Part shown: in pieces, positions 1 to 15,177 of the stretch | Layout of the letters: the number at the start of each line of letters is the position of its first letter | Numbering within the stretch: position 1 is the stretch's first letter | Source: Dendrobates tinctorius | Taxonomy: Eukaryota | Length of the DNA stretch: 64,000 nt | Assembly: GCF_039654945.1 (NCBI RefSeq) | Contig: NW_027361924.1 | Location: forward strand, 8,122,001-8,186,000 | Direction of reading: 5' to 3' | The notes under the pieces: generated by a model | What the model was told of the DNA's origin: nothing | Database searches by the model: none | The model's input: the letters and a program-made list of their open reading frames with translations, nothing else | Translations under genes and position numbers: made by a program

Positions 1-533
1 TAACTGTTTAACTCTATATCAGCATGGGTTTATGAGGAATCGCTCCTGTCACACCAATCTAATCAGTTTTTATGAAGCGGTAAGCTATAGACTGGACCAA
101 GGTGAGTCATTGGATGTGGTATATCTTGATTTTTCCAAAGCGCTTGATACCGTGCCGCACAAGAGGTTGGTACACAAAATGAGAATGCTGGGTCTGGGGG
201 AAAATGTAAGTAACTGGCTTGGTGATAGAAAGCAGAGGGTGGTTATAAATGGTATATTCTTTAACTGGGTCGCTGTGACCAGTGGGGACCGCAGGGGTCG
301 GTGTTGGGACCTATTATCTTCAACATATTTATTAATGATATGGTAGAAGGTTTACACAGTAAAATATCGATATTTGCAGATGATACAAAACTATATAAGA
401 CAGTCAATACAAGATGAATCTGCTACAGATGAATCTGGATAAGTTGGAAACTTGGGCCAAAAGGTGGCAGATGCAGTTTAACATTGATAAAAGTAAGTTT
501 ATTCACATGGGAAGAAGGAATCAATATCACCAT
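1..533 (+). mobile_element. CR1 LINE ORF2 reverse transcriptase fragment, 5' part (decayed)
   Basis: CR1-type motifs QHGFMRNRSC.TNLI.FY, DVVYLDFSKA.DTVPH, FADDTK and WQMQFN, with frameshifts. Continues at 1496 after an L2 insertion. Confidence 0.9.
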
Positions 534-1495
534 CATCGCTTTCTCAAACTGAACATGGAAAAAACAGAATTTATCATCTTTCCCCATCTCACTCTACCCC
601 TCCACCAGACCTATCCATCAATGTCAATGGCAGCTCTCTTACCCCAGTCCCGCACGCTTGGTGCCTTGGGGTGATCCTCGACTCTGCCCTCTCTTTCAAA
701 CCACATATCCAAGCCCTTGCCTCCTCCTGCCACCTAAAACTCAAAAATATTTCTCGGATCCGTGCATTCCTCAACCACGAAACCACAAAAACACTAGTGC
801 ACGCCCTTATCTCCTGCCTCAACTACTGTAACCTCCTATTCTCTGGCTTCCCCTCTAGCACACTGGCACCACTCCAGTCCATCCTCCACTCTGCTGCCTG
901 AATAATCCACCTGTCTCTCCACTATTCCTCAGCCTCCCCCCTATGCCAGGCCCTTCACTGGCTTCCAATTGCCCAGAGGCTCCAGTTCAACACCCTAACC
1001 ATGACATACAAAGCCATCCACAATCTGTCTCCTCCATACATATGTGACATGGTCTCCCAGTACCTACCCACACGCAACCTTCAATCCTCTCAAGATCTCC
1101 TTCTCTACTCCTTCCTTATCTCTTCTTCCCACAACCACATACAAGACTTCTCCCGTGCTTCCCCCATACTCAGGAACTCTCTACCGCAACACATCAGACT
1201 CTCATCAACAACGGAAACCTTCAATAAGAACCTGAAGACCCACCTGTTCTGACAAGCCTACAGCCAGCAATGATCCTCAGTCTACTGAACCACCGCACGA
1301 CCTGCTCTACCCTCTCCTACTGTATCCTCACCCATCCCTGTAGACTGTGAGCCCTCGCGGGCAGGGTCCTCTCTCCTTCTGTACTTGTGTGTCCCTTGCA
1401 TTACACATATTTATTGTACTTGTCTATATTTCCCCTTTTCATATGTAAAGTGCCATGGAATAAATGGCGCTATATAAATGTATAATAATAATAAT
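534..1495 (+). mobile_element. L2 LINE 3' fragment nested in CR1
   Basis: LKLNMEKTEFIIF, LGV.LDS.LSF.PHI, LHWLP and LKTHLF motifs. 3' hairpin GTGCCAT-GGAATAA-ATGGCGC and a (TAA)n tail. Flanked by CACCAT / CTCCAT, an imperfect TSD. Confidence 0.88.
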
Positions 1496-2251
1496 CTCCA
1501 TTACACACTGAATGGGAAACTACTGGGTAAATCTGACATGGAGAAGGACTTGGGGATCCTAGTTAATGATAAACTTACCTGGAGCAGCCAGTGCCAGACA
1601 GCGGCTGCCAAGGCAAACAGGATCATGGGGTCACTAAAAGAGGTCTGGATGCACATGATGAGAGCATTATACTGCCTCTGTACAAATCCCTGGTTAGACC
1701 GCACATGGAGTACTGTGGACAGTTTTGGGCACCGGTGCTCAGGAAGGATATAATGGAACTAGGACGAGTACAAAGGAGCGCAATAAAATTAATAAAGGAG
1801 ATGGGGGAACTGCAATACCCAGAGAGATTATCAAAAGTAGGATTATTTAGTCTAGAAAAAAGATGACTGAGGGGCGATCTAATAGCCATGTATAAGTATA
1901 TAAGGGGACAATATAAATATCTCTCCGAGGATCTGTCTATACAAAGGAAGGTGACAGTCACAAGGGGGCATTCTGGGGTAGAAAAGGTTTTTCCACCAAC
2001 ATAAAAGAGGATCCTTTACTGTTAGGGCAGTGAGAATCTGGAATTTCTTGCCTGAGGAGGTGATGATGGCGAACTCAGTCGAGGGGTTCAAGAGAGGCCT
2101 GGATGTCTTCCTGGAGCGTAACAAGATTGTATCTTACAGTCATTAGGTTCTTTAGAAGGACGTAGATCTGGCGATTTATTCTGACGGAATATAGGCTGAA
2201 CTGGATGGACAAATGGCTTTTTTCAGCCTTGCTAACTATGTTAGTATGTTA
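1496..2251 (+). mobile_element. CR1 LINE 3' end
   Basis: EKDLGILV, LYKSLVRPHMEYC.QFWAP and LFSLEKR.LRGDLI motifs. Ends in a short CTATGTTA-type tail. Confidence 0.9.
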
Positions 2252-3475
2252 TCTGTAGTTATACCACACAAAAGAGTTAATATATAGCATTTCCTATATG
2301 TCTACTTTACATCAGCATCCTTTTTTAAACATATTTTTTGTTAGGAAGTTAGAAGGGTTTAAAGTATATCAGCAGTTTTTAATTTTTCTAACAAAATTTA
2401 CACAACCAATTTTTTTTTATACCAAATCACATGTAAAGTGACTTCACGTGACCTATGTGACAGAAAATATCCCATTTTAAAAACTTCACCCCCCAAAGTG
2501 CTTAAAACCACACTCAAGAAGTCTATTTAGCCTTTAGTTGCTTCACAGAAAATAAAGAAATGTGGAAGGAAAAAAAATGAAAATTTAATTTTTTTTTCCA
2601 CAAAAATATTGCATAGCCCCATTTTTTTTTATTTCCACAAGTGTAACAGGAGAAAATGGTCAGCACAGCATGTTGTTCAATTTCTCCTAAGTACACTGAT
2701 ACATCTTATGTGGTAGAAAACAACAGTATAGGCAAACAGCAGAGTTTGGAAGGAAAGAAGCACCACTTGACTTTTGGAACAATGGAATAAAACTGGCTGG
2801 AATTGAAAGTGTATGCCCTGTCAGGTTTGCATAGCCCCTGATATGCCTAAACAGTGGAAAACCCCACAATTGACCCCATTTTGGAAACTAGACCCCTCAA
2901 GGAATTTATTAGCAGTGTGGTGAACACTTTGAATCCACAGATGATTCACAGAGTTTTATCATCTTGATCCATGAAAATGAAATAATACATTTTTTCCTCC
3001 CAAAAATGTTGCTTTAGCCCAGTTATTTCATTTTCACAAGGGTAACAGGAGAAAATGGACCATACAATTTCTTGTGCAATTTCTCATAAGTACACTGATC
3101 GTGAAAAAGTACTGTTTAGGAGCATGGCAGAGCTCAAATGGCAAGAAGAACCATTTGAGCAAAGAGCAAAATTGACTGGATTAGATTGCAGACTCCATGT
3201 TGCATTTGCAGAGCGCCTGATGTGCCTAAACAGTGGAAAACCCCCACAAGTGAACCCATTTTGGAAGTTACACCCCTCAATGAATTTATCTTGAGCAGTG
3301 GTAAGCATCTTGACCCCACAGGTGCTTCAGATAATTTTATAACTTTGGACCATGAAAATGAAAAATTATGTTTTTTCCTAAAAAATTTTTTCTTTAGCCC
3401 CAAATTTTTCATTCAGAATGAACCACCCAATTTGTTTTGCAATTTCTCTTGAGTACATCGATACCCCACATGTTA

Positions 3476-3801
3476 GGCCGGGGTCAGACTGCGTTTAGGC
3501 AGTCCGTTAGACGGACTGCATTACACCGCGATATAACGCTGTGTAACGCAGTCCGTTAACACTGCCATTGAGCCCCATTGTCGGGCGCATCACGACGCAT
3601 GCCGTAAAGTGGCACGCGTTTGTGATGTGCCGTCATTCACTGACTGAGCCTCAGATGCGGGCTGTAGCGTCTGAGGCTCCGTCATCGCTAACGCTAGCGC
3701 TAGCAGGTATAGCATAACGCGATCGCATTATGCTATATCGTTAATGCAGCCCATCAATGCTATGCGTTGAACGGGCTGCTTAACGTAATGTGAACCTAGC
3801 C
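3476..3801. mobile_element. Harbinger-type MITE
   Basis: Imperfect TIRs GGCCGGGGTCAGACTGCGTT / AACGTAATGTGAACCTAGCC. TTA/TAA flanks and internal palindromes. Confidence 0.8.
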
Positions 3802-3853
3802 TAAGGGAGAACACCTGTGTGGGAGCAGAAGAGAGCTCCAAAGAAAGGAGTGC

Positions 3854-4673
3854 TGTTATGATGAGTCACCGAAGGAGGAAAAAACAAAATACCAGCTAAG
3901 TCCAGAAAAACCAGAGAGGTTGGCAGCTATCGGATTGCAGACCCCTGAACCTATCCACAACAACTAGCAGTAGCCGTGGGGGGTTCCTACGGTGCCCTAG
4001 ACCCCTCGATCACAGCCAGAGAACTATATAGCCTAAAGACAGAAAGGGGAAAACTAAACTGCCCCAGAGCAGACCCCAAAGCAATAGGCAGCCCCCAACA
4101 TATAATGACTGTGAAGCAAGATGAAAACACTAACACAGATAGAAAGATAGGTTGAGCAAATGATGGGGCCCAAGCTAACTACATAGGACAGGATAGGAAA
4201 GCTGCTGTCTGCCATCCGCAAAAAACCCTATCAAAATGGGCCAACCGACTGATAGGAAAAACAGGCCCTGAAGTCGCTAGGCTTCAAAAGACTATATCAG
4301 CACTCAGGTATATTCTGAAGACAGAGCAAAAGATCAACAGATCAGAGACAAAAATGGAATTCAGCTCACCCCCGGCCGGGGATGGCAGAACTCCCAAAAA
4401 ACAAGGCAAAACAAAAACAAAACAGAAGAGTACAAAGCAGAGCAGAAAAACTTAGCTTTGAGATGCAGGAATCAGACTGGTCTCCAAGAATCCAGCAGGA
4501 AAATCACCAGCCAGGAAGAAGGGCGTCGGCAGCCTTATATCCAGTCCTCAATTCCAGCCACCCAGTCATCATCTAGCTGCCCATGTGTTTGGTAATCAGC
4601 CTCACTACCTTCCTTCACCAGAGGAGGGAGTTCATCAGACCTCAATGGGGAAGGGAAAAATGAACTCACAACA
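3854..4673. mobile_element. Solo LTR (820 bp)
   Basis: TGTTATGA...TCACAACA termini and an exact 6-bp TSD GAGTGC (3848-3853, 4674-4679). Confidence 0.85.
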
Positions 4674-6087
4674 GAGTGCCATTTTGGGAAGTAGACTTTG
4701 ATCATATGGTTTGTGGGCACCCCCCACACACAAACGACCCCATTTTGGAGACTGCATCAATCAAGGAATTTCTCTAGGGGTGTGATGAGCATTTTGAACA
4801 CACAGGTGCTTCACAGAATTTTATAACATAGGAATGTGAAAATGAAAAATTATGTTTTTTTACATAAAAATGTTGTTTTTATTTTCATAAAGAATAATGT
4901 GGGAAAATGGACCCAAACATTTATAAAGCATTATATTCCAAATGCAGCAATAACCTATATGTGGTCATACACTTTTCATTGAACGTTCATCAGGAATTAA
5001 AAGAGAGAGACCACCATTAGGCTTTTAGGAAGCAGAGTTTCCTAGAGTAGTTTGTGGATGCTATTTTCAGAGCCCCTGAGCTGCCAAAAAAGTTCAAATC
5101 CCTAAAAAGTGACACCATTTTGTAAATTACACTCAATTAAATCATGTAGTGGTGTAGTGACTGCTTTGACCCACTGGTCTTCTCCAGAAATTTGTGCACA
5201 ATTGATGTTGCACAGTGAAAATTGCAAATATGCCATTTTAGTGTCCAATAACATGGTGCCCACTGTGCTTCTGGAGACATGTGCCACCTTGATTATTAAA
5301 AGGGTTGTCCAGGACCTAACAATTGATGACTCATTTCAATATAAGATTGGTAGGGTCCAACACTCTCATGATCCTGAAACTTCTTCGGAAGTGGCTACAT
5401 CCACACTGTTTAGTGCATACGCTCGGGAGGCATGCGCCCATGTGCACTGTTAGGATGAATCCTGAAGCATCCATCCCATTGGGACCAACTGTGAAGAAAA
5501 TTATATTACATGGTACACATCTCTTTGCAGTGTCCCCCTGTACATAACATTTTTGTTTGATTTTTATTCTAAATTTTGAGAAAAAGAATAAACAAAAAAA
5601 AGTGATTTGGAAATTGTCTTTAATTTTTTACGCCATTTTACACTGTTCACCGTGCAGTAAACATAGTAAGGCAACTTTATTTTTCGGGTCAATGCAATTT
5701 TAGCGACGCCTGAGTTATTTAGTAATTTTATAATTTGATATTTTTGCATGCAAAAACACTGACACTGCATCGTCATACTCTAAGAGCTATAACTGTTATT
5801 TTTCTGCTTAACAAACTGTGTGGGAGCTTATGGCTAGTTTTACAGTGAGTCAATGACTGTCTTGGGTGGAATATGCTCGGGGTCACTCAAACCTCTCTGT
5901 AATGCTGATGTGCTGCTGCTATATAATATTTCCATGCTGCTGCTTATGTGTCTAATCTAAGAAAAGAATAAAAATCAGGAATCCCTCATGTCTCTGCGCT
6001 GTGTAAGGGAGAAATGACAGCAATCATTCTCCTCCCACCAGCTCAGAGTCAATTGTGAATTAATAAATAGAGCCTGCAGATAGTACA

Positions 6088-6996
<909 letters not shown>

Positions 6997-7010
6997 CTCC
7001 CCGCTTGACG
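6997..7010 (-). other. Polypurine tract of the BEL element
   Basis: The minus strand reads CGTCAAGCGGGGAG immediately before the TGTTC start of the 3' LTR. Confidence 0.75.
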
Positions 7011-7720
7011 TCAGCCGACGTCACTATTGTGTTTTTTGGATGAGAACAGCAGAACAAGTTCCCGTACTGGCCTGAGGAACAATTTGGTCTCGCCTTGTTT
7101 TCCTATTTTTACTTCCACCTTACGTATGATTCCATAATTACTTGGGAATGTCTGGGTAATGAGACCTAATGGCCATTCATTTCTTCGAGACTGACAGTCT
7201 TTCATTAGTACTATATCGCCAGGCTGGAGGTTAGGCTTGCTGGTTTGCCACTTTCTCCTTTGATGCAGAAAAGGCAGGTACTGTTTTTTCCACTTGTCCC
7301 AAAAGGCATTGGAGAGACTCTGTACTTGTCTCCATCGACTCCTGTAACGGTCTTTATCTTTAACATTAAATTCTCCAGGTGGAGAGCAATTAGGGTCTGT
7401 CTTCTGCGTAAGCAGCAGGGCTGGGGTGAGAACAGTTGGGTCATCAGGATCACTGGAAATTGGAGTCAACATTCTGGCGTTTATGATGGCTGACACTTCG
7501 GCCATGAATGTTGTCAAGCTTTCGTGTGTCAGTCTTGCAGATCCTTCCTGTAAGAAGATTGAATCGAGGATTCTCCTTGTTACACCTATCATTCTCTCCC
7601 ATACACCTCCCATATGTGAAGAATGTGGTAGGTTAAAAGTCCAAGTACACCCATGTACACGTAGGTATTTTTCTACGTCCTTCATATCCAAGTTGGAAGA
7701 GAGTTGCAGTTCTCTTGCTG
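7011..7720 (-). pseudogene. BEL integrase C-terminal half
   Basis: W.FN.P.SSHMGGVWERMIG, EV.AIINAR.L, LTPA.LL, FWDKWKKQYL and WPLG motifs. Confidence 0.88.
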
Positions 7721-8532
7721 CTCTGAGTTTCCTCAGAACACTATCTTTTGGTATTGGTCATTGATTGGTTAAACAGTCGATTTCTTTGGCATAGTTTCCC
7801 CGTTGTACAGCTCGGATAATTATACTCTTCGACTGCTCTAGCTGTAGAGCTGTGTGGACGTGTTTAACATGGTGCCAGTGGTCCTCAAAGTCTTAAAGTG
7901 TAGGTGCTAACTCTGCATGACTGCTCTTACATATCTTCTCCATGAAGGTTAAGAAATGGTCTTTCATCTTTGGTCTACTACAGAAGCTGTGCATGAGAGA
8001 GACAAAGTGTTGGTAAACTTGTTCTCTGTTGTTAGGCAAGCGTTGTCTTTGAGGCTTGAAGGGTAGAGGTGCAATCCAGCTCTTCCTTTTGTCCTGCACC
8101 ATTCCTTGCTCCAACATCTCCAGAAACAGTCTATATTCAAATGACATTGATATACAATTATCTTCTTTGGTCTTGTGGAAAACCGTACACCCAAGGTGAT
8201 CTTGGTCGCAATTCTGAATGCAATCATCATTGGCACGACTCACTAAGATACTTGGTGCTGAAGTGCTGTGTAGCAACTCTTTTATGAAGTAGCGATTTTC
8301 ACATGGTTGAAGGAGGGATGGACGTCCATTCTCGAGAGTACTGGTAAACATGTTGTTAACCACTGTCGGTTTGTGTGCACCTCCTAAACAGACCTCTCCT
8401 ACAATGACCCACCCAAGGTCGAGTCTCTGAGCATATGGAGCATTGTGTGAGCCATTGATCGGTTGTCTAACCTTGTGAACTCGTAGAATATCTCTCCCAA
8501 GGAGCAAGACTATTTGAGCCTCTGGGTCAAGG

Positions 8533-9044
8533 TGTGATGGTGTGATATGTTATGTGGATGTCATTTTTTGTATATTCCTATTTTTAACAATTCCAGTTAT
8601 TTTCATAGTGTTTTTCTTATTACATTGTAAGCCTACAGCCTCACTGTATCTGTCTCTTGATGACCCCCTGTAGTGCATTAATCCCTAAGGCCTTTTGTTC
8701 TCCTCTGGGAGGTAACTTGTTTGACTACCCCTGGACAAGGAAGGGGGTGGGGGGAAGAACGGCAGCTGGACAAGTCAGTTCCGGTAGAGACAAGATGGTG
8801 AAAAGACTGCATTTCAGAGAGAAGGACCCATTTTTATCCTCTGGTGCTAGAGTGTTTTGGAATCTCGTTTCCCTGGACATTTTATCCTGATACTGGACTG
8901 CATTCTTATTCTGGACTATCTTATCCTTTGTGTGGTGGACTGAATATGGACCTTTTCGTATTTTTGCCTGAATAAAGGTCTTGGAATTGTTCACTCTTCG
9001 CTTGCTCTGTTGATTGTGTGATACCAGAGAAGGACCCCGTGACA
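8533..9044 (+). mobile_element. Solo LTR (512 bp) nested in the BEL protease region
   Basis: TG...CA termini, exact TSD CAAGG (8528-8532, 9045-9049) and AATAAA at 8971. Removing it rejoins ...LIPNL|DPEAQIVLLLGRD. Confidence 0.88.
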
Positions 9045-11006
9045 CAAGGTTAGGAATCAGACATTCTATACACTTCAGATGAGGATGATATGATGCCACT
9101 TCAGGCATAGGTATCTCTGACCTGTTGTCAGGAATCTGGTTGCATTCCAATATGGTTGGTAAGGGCAGACGCATTTGGCAATCTATAGACTCGACTACGT
9201 AGCCTCTTGCTCTCCTACCTGCTGTCTCTACTATACCGGCACAAGTTTTCAAAGAGTATGGGGCACTAGGTCCCCTGACGTTAAAGCTATCAAAGAAGAC
9301 AGACTTGGCTAATGACCTGTTACTCTGATCATCTAAAATCGCGTATACTTTGATTGCCTTGTCCTTTTCGTCTGCTGGGTAAACTCTCACTAGGGAAATT
9401 TTAGAGCAAGACTTGCCTCCTATGAGATTTCCACAAACTTCTGTACACTTAGAAGTAATGGCTGGAGTGTCAGTATTTGAGTCCTTCAGCTCCCCGCTAT
9501 GCTCTTGGGGCAAAGCATCCGATGGTGGTCCAGGGTGTAGAACTGAGTTATGTTTGGTGCTGTCACATTCGGTACTCCTTGCACTAACCTCACAGTATTT
9601 GGCGAAGTGGGATGTTGAAGAGCAGCATTTGTAGCAGATGCAGTTCTCCTTAAGGAAGGCCTTCCTTTCTTCCAATGACTTTTCTCTGAAAGCTCTGCAC
9701 TTAAGTAAGGAATGTGGCTTCTTGTGTAAGGGACATTGCCTGCTTGGGTCCTTGGATTTGTCTTCTCCTTGACCGGAGCTGAACTCTTTGAGAACTGAAC
9801 CTGTGGAAGAAATGTTAGCTTTGTGGACCTCCACAGTTGTTCTACAAGGTTTACTAACAGAGTTATTGGCACATGACAGCATGAAATCAAAGCTAGGATC
9901 ATTTCTAATTTTTGTTTGTTCTGAGACAAAATCTACAAACACATTGAATGGAGGAAATGGTACATTGTAAGTCTGTTTATACCTAGAACCATATGTAACC
10001 CATTTGTCTTGCAGGTTATATGGGAGTTTTTGAACTATGGGGTTCACACCTCTAGCCATGTCGAGATATGTCAACCCCACAAGATCGCCTTCTGCTTTTG
10101 CTACACACAACTCCATTAACAAGTCAGTTAATTCTCTGAGCTTTGAATAATCCTTGTTCGCTATTCTAGGAAAGTCCTCTATTCTTTTAAACAAGGCACT
10201 TTCTATAACCTGCACTGAGCCATAGCATTCATCAAGTCTATTCCAAATTCTTTTGAGGCCAACATCTGGATAATTTACATTAATGTCTCTGATTCTCTTC
10301 GCGTGTTCGGCAGACTCACTTCCTAGCCATTTTACCAAGAGATCCACTTCTTCACTACATGATAGACCTATGTCTCTTATGGTATTTTTGAAGAAGGCTC
10401 GCCAAGCCCTGTAGTTTTCAGCACGATCGCTGAACTTTACAAGTCCCTTAGTGACCAACTCACGTCGAGCAAGGAACTTAGCAAAGTCCATCGTGGCTTG
10501 ATTGACACTGATGCCAGCTGATGGAGTGTTGTCAGAGTACATGTGTGCTGTGCGACCATACCTGTTAGATGTCTATGGTTTGGTCCAACTGCTGTAGTAC
10601 CTTTCTGAAGCGAAGGGATTCTCTTTAAGCTGGGACAGTTCCGGATCTTCTGTTCTGGAGAAAGATTATTGTAGTCAGTATCATCCCAATGTGTATTTCC
10701 TTGCTTTTGGTAGGGAGACTGATAGTTGGCTTTCTGGGGGTCCGAATTATCTGGTTGGCTTGACTTGTTGACAAAATGCTCTGTCTTCGCCTGTGGGTCT
10801 GGATCGTCATTTGATTTGGAATGCTGATGGACGTACTCTGCAGTACGCTGCAATGGATCGTGAGTAACTTGCAATAGGCCTAGCATACTGCTGCGTCTGC
10901 TGTGTTCGTCGTCAGAATATACGGCAGCTTCTAAGGCTTCTGCTTCTGCTATGGCAGCTGCTGTTTCTTTTTCAATAGCAAGTTTCTGTAATGTTGCTTC
11001 AAGGCG

Positions 11007-11210
11007 CGCTTTCTCTTCATCCAGGCATGCTTGTTGGCGTGCTTTTTCTGCATCCAGGCATGCTTGTTGGCTGGCTTTTTCTGCATCCAGTGACGCTTTT
11101 TCCGCATCCAGGCATGCTTGTTGGCATGCTTTTCTGCATCTAGTGACGCTTTTTACGCATCCAGGCATGCTTGTTGGCATGCTTTTTCTGCATCCAGGGA
11201 TGCTTGTTGT
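11007..11210 (-). repeat. Coding tandem repeat in gag (QQACLDAEKA-like units of 33 and 21 bp)
   Basis: Repeated TTTTCTGCATCCAGGCATGCTTGTTGGC. Confidence 0.85.
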
Positions 11211-11550
11211 AGTTTCAATTCTATCTCTTGCTCAGCAAAGGTGCTTCTTGCTTTTGCCGCTTCAGCTCTTGCGCGGTCAATAGCGGCGGCATTGCTGACG
11301 GATGATGTCTTGGAGGAACCAACTCGTGATCTCGTCTTGAAAGAGGATGCTCGTCCTTGAGAAATGATTCAACAGTTAGGCGACCGCTGTGATATCCCTT
11401 TGTCGGCTCTGCGTGGATAATGGCGCGCTCCGTATGGTTCGATTATTCGGCCTGACCGTTAGGAGGTTGCTGCAATATCAGTATGCAATAACCGTATGCT
11501 TGGATAATGGCGGGCTCTGTAACGTCAGATCTTCTGAGCTTGTTCTCAGC

Positions 11551-11561
11551 AGTTGTTTCAC
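11551..11561 (-). other. Primer-binding site GTGAAACAACT (non-tRNA type)
   Basis: Directly abuts the 5' LTR and does not start with TGG. It is the exact complement of the LTR-internal sequence at 12184-12194. Confidence 0.75.
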
Positions 11562-12470
<909 letters not shown>

Positions 12471-14590
12471 GTACAATTTGTGAATATGAAGGATTAAAGT
12501 CATATAATGCAAGAAAAAGTGCTATTCCTCATGTACACACACAGATTGTGTTATTTGAAAGTACAGTTACCCACTAAAATGCAGTTCAAATGCACATGTT
12601 AAAAGGATTAGTAGTAAAAATGAGATAATAAATTCAAGTGGAATAGAATTCCACTTGAGTTTTTGAAAAATCTGCACTTCCGTGTGGAAACAGCAAACTG
12701 GCAGCCATTGGCCTGTTTTATGAATCATAATGGACCATCAAAAGGTTATAAAATTTATAAAACTTGTCATACTCCCCTCATTGCTCACTTCTTTAGCTCC
12801 TCATCTACTTACTCAACACCAACCATTTGGTCCGGAACACATCTTCTGATCATTCGACGCTCATGATAGAATCTTATGGCATCCAGGAGAATTTTGCCCT
12901 TGCAAGCAGGAAGGTCATGGCGCATGTCATGACATCATAATCCTGTTAAACTCCTGTGTGCTTGCACAGGCGGACACCAGGACAACTGCAAATCCCACTC
13001 AGTGGGAGAGGTCCCTGTAATCCATTGCGATCAGTGGGGGTCCAGAAGATGTGGTGAGGGCTAGATCTGTGGTGGTGAGAAGCGTAAGGGATGGAGATGT
13101 GAGCATTAAGGTGAATATAATTTTTTAACCTTTTGAATGATTTCTCCATGAATCGAATTTCCCGTAAAAAAACACATGAGCATGCAAATTCCAATTTTGA
13201 CAGATTCACTCATCTCTAATTAGTAGTAAATATATGATTGTAACATTACATTAATATTTTAAACATTTTCTCGATCTCATATCAGAGGGTGACATGGGAA
13301 GTAGTTTCCACACCTTATAGTATCATTAGCAATAACCATTAATATATTGACCAGTAAACACGAAAAGAAGGAAAAGATGAGGAAGGGGTGAGGTAGAAAT
13401 GAGAAAATCAGTTCAATGCAAATTGAATTCACCTTGAATTTTACGAAAAAATTGAATTTTTTGTAATTTTTTTCAACTGGATCCAGTAAAATCTTCCATT
13501 TTAATCATTGTGGTGGATTGGGAAAGGGTTTACAAAATATTATACTAACCTAGCTGCTCAAATGTCCAGCAACCACAGCTCTCCACCTGTTACTTCTTTG
13601 GCTCTGGCCTCTTCTGGTCTTTGTGGCAATTAGTAGCATATTCTCGGTGGTTGTGATCACAGTAATTCCTCTACCATCTACACTAACAAAGACAATCTTT
13701 AGAATTTCAATGTCATCATATTAGTACAACCTAACTTTATGTGGTCAATTCCAGTTCAAGATTGTGTGATCATCCAAGAGAGCCTAAAATTGAAAAATGC
13801 AAATGTTTTACGCTAATTTTGATCTCCACTTCATTCTGGTAAATACAGACCAGACTAGCAGAATAAGTCAAAAAGAGAAAACAACCCACTTTCAAAATGC
13901 TGCAGTCCAACAGGACTAATGTCAAAAGTCTGGATAAAACTTTTCTTTATTCACATGTATTCACACAACACATTTTTAATGACAGACCGCCTCCATTATC
14001 AGGTACATACTTAGAAATTGTAGATAAAGGGACTATTTTTAGGAAAAAGAGAGTGAAAAGTTAGACAATAGGGGTGGGATCCTATGAATATGTATGAATT
14101 AAACAGATATGTAAATAAATAAAACAAAATATATCAAACTGCACCTGACCAATGTTATAGAGTTCATCCTGTGTCAGACTGGAAGATGAACAAGTCAATA
14201 CGTATGTCACTCTTGCGCTTCTGTTGATGAATCCACAATGGTTTCCAATGGTCATGCAAGACATCTTCATCAGGGCAGAAACCTGGAGAAACTCTGTTGA
14301 CCCTGTAAACCTGTTTAATAATTTTTTATCCATTGTAAACCATTGTGGATTCATCATAAGCAGCGCAGGAGTGACATCTTCCTGATCATTTTGTACCCCT
14401 CAAAGTGATATACAATGCTTTAGCAGGATTCCTTACCTAGTTATGAACCTCATTCAAAGCTACTCTGGCCCATAACTCATATACACTTTTCCCCAGTTTT
14501 CTAGGTACCAGCAGCTCACTACAAATGTCACATTTTTTTCCCAGTGTAAATTCCTAAACTCCTTTCTAAAAAATACTTGTCCTTGGAGAT

Positions 14591-15059
14591 TGGAGATGAG
14601 AGAGTCTCCCAAAAATTTATTTTGGGCAGATTTGCCTAATTCCAGACTTCATATTTGGTTTGGTCCAAATAAAATCAGTCCGAATCAAAAATATCCAGAA
14701 AAAAATGTTTACTATACTCTGAGGTCTCTCCAGATCCCAAAGCATTGTAAACAAGGGAGAAGGAAGGTGTTTAAAAAAATAAATATGGCCTCAGCACTGG
14801 TAGGAAATGTTGGAAGATCTGATGAAGGGTCCTGAGGACTGGGAGTTTTGTGACGTAAGGACAGGTTAGGGTTAGGCCAAGGACAAGTAACTGTATAATG
14901 TATATTACTATTATCGGCTTCATGGCCCTCAAGAGAAGACAACAAAATGTCAGCTTGCTAGATTCTTTTGCATCAAATCTCAAACATTTTGCTGGAACCC
15001 AAAATTTTTGAGAAATTATGACAAATTTGATTAGCTAAGAAATAATTTGCTCATCCCTA
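14591..15059. mobile_element. Degenerate MITE with T(A/G)GAGATGAG-type TIRs
   Basis: TGGAGATGAG at the left end and TTTGCTCATCCCTA at the right end. Confidence 0.45.
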
Positions 15060-15177
15060 GCAGAGATATTTGCCTTTGGAATCCCATTTTATAGGGCATA
15101 GGGAGGAAATTGTTTCAACTTTTTTTCAAAAGTCAGCAGCATATATTCAACAATATTGACCAAAATATGTAAACATA

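Larger units (their letters stand above)
2440..5830. repeat. Old interspersed repeat with degenerate ~380-bp internal units (probable DNA transposon body), split by younger insertions
   Basis: The motif ACAGTGGAAAACCCCACAA.TGACCCCATTTTGGAA...CCCCTCAA.GAATTT recurs at ~2851 and ~3230, with weaker copies at ~2470, ~4735 and ~5109. Termini not identified. Confidence 0.5.
7893..11360 (-). pseudogene. BEL gag-protease region (frameshifted, interrupted by a solo LTR)
   Basis: ORFs 10437-11180, 8725-10542 and 7893-8507. Motifs CPLHKKPH...C, CYKCCSSTSH, ILDDQSNRSL and LLLGRD...APYAQRLDLGWVIVG. Confidence 0.88.

Noticed and set aside
8725-9044. C-terminus of the 605-aa ORF as part of the BEL polyprotein
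   Set aside because: It is read-through into the nested solo LTR.
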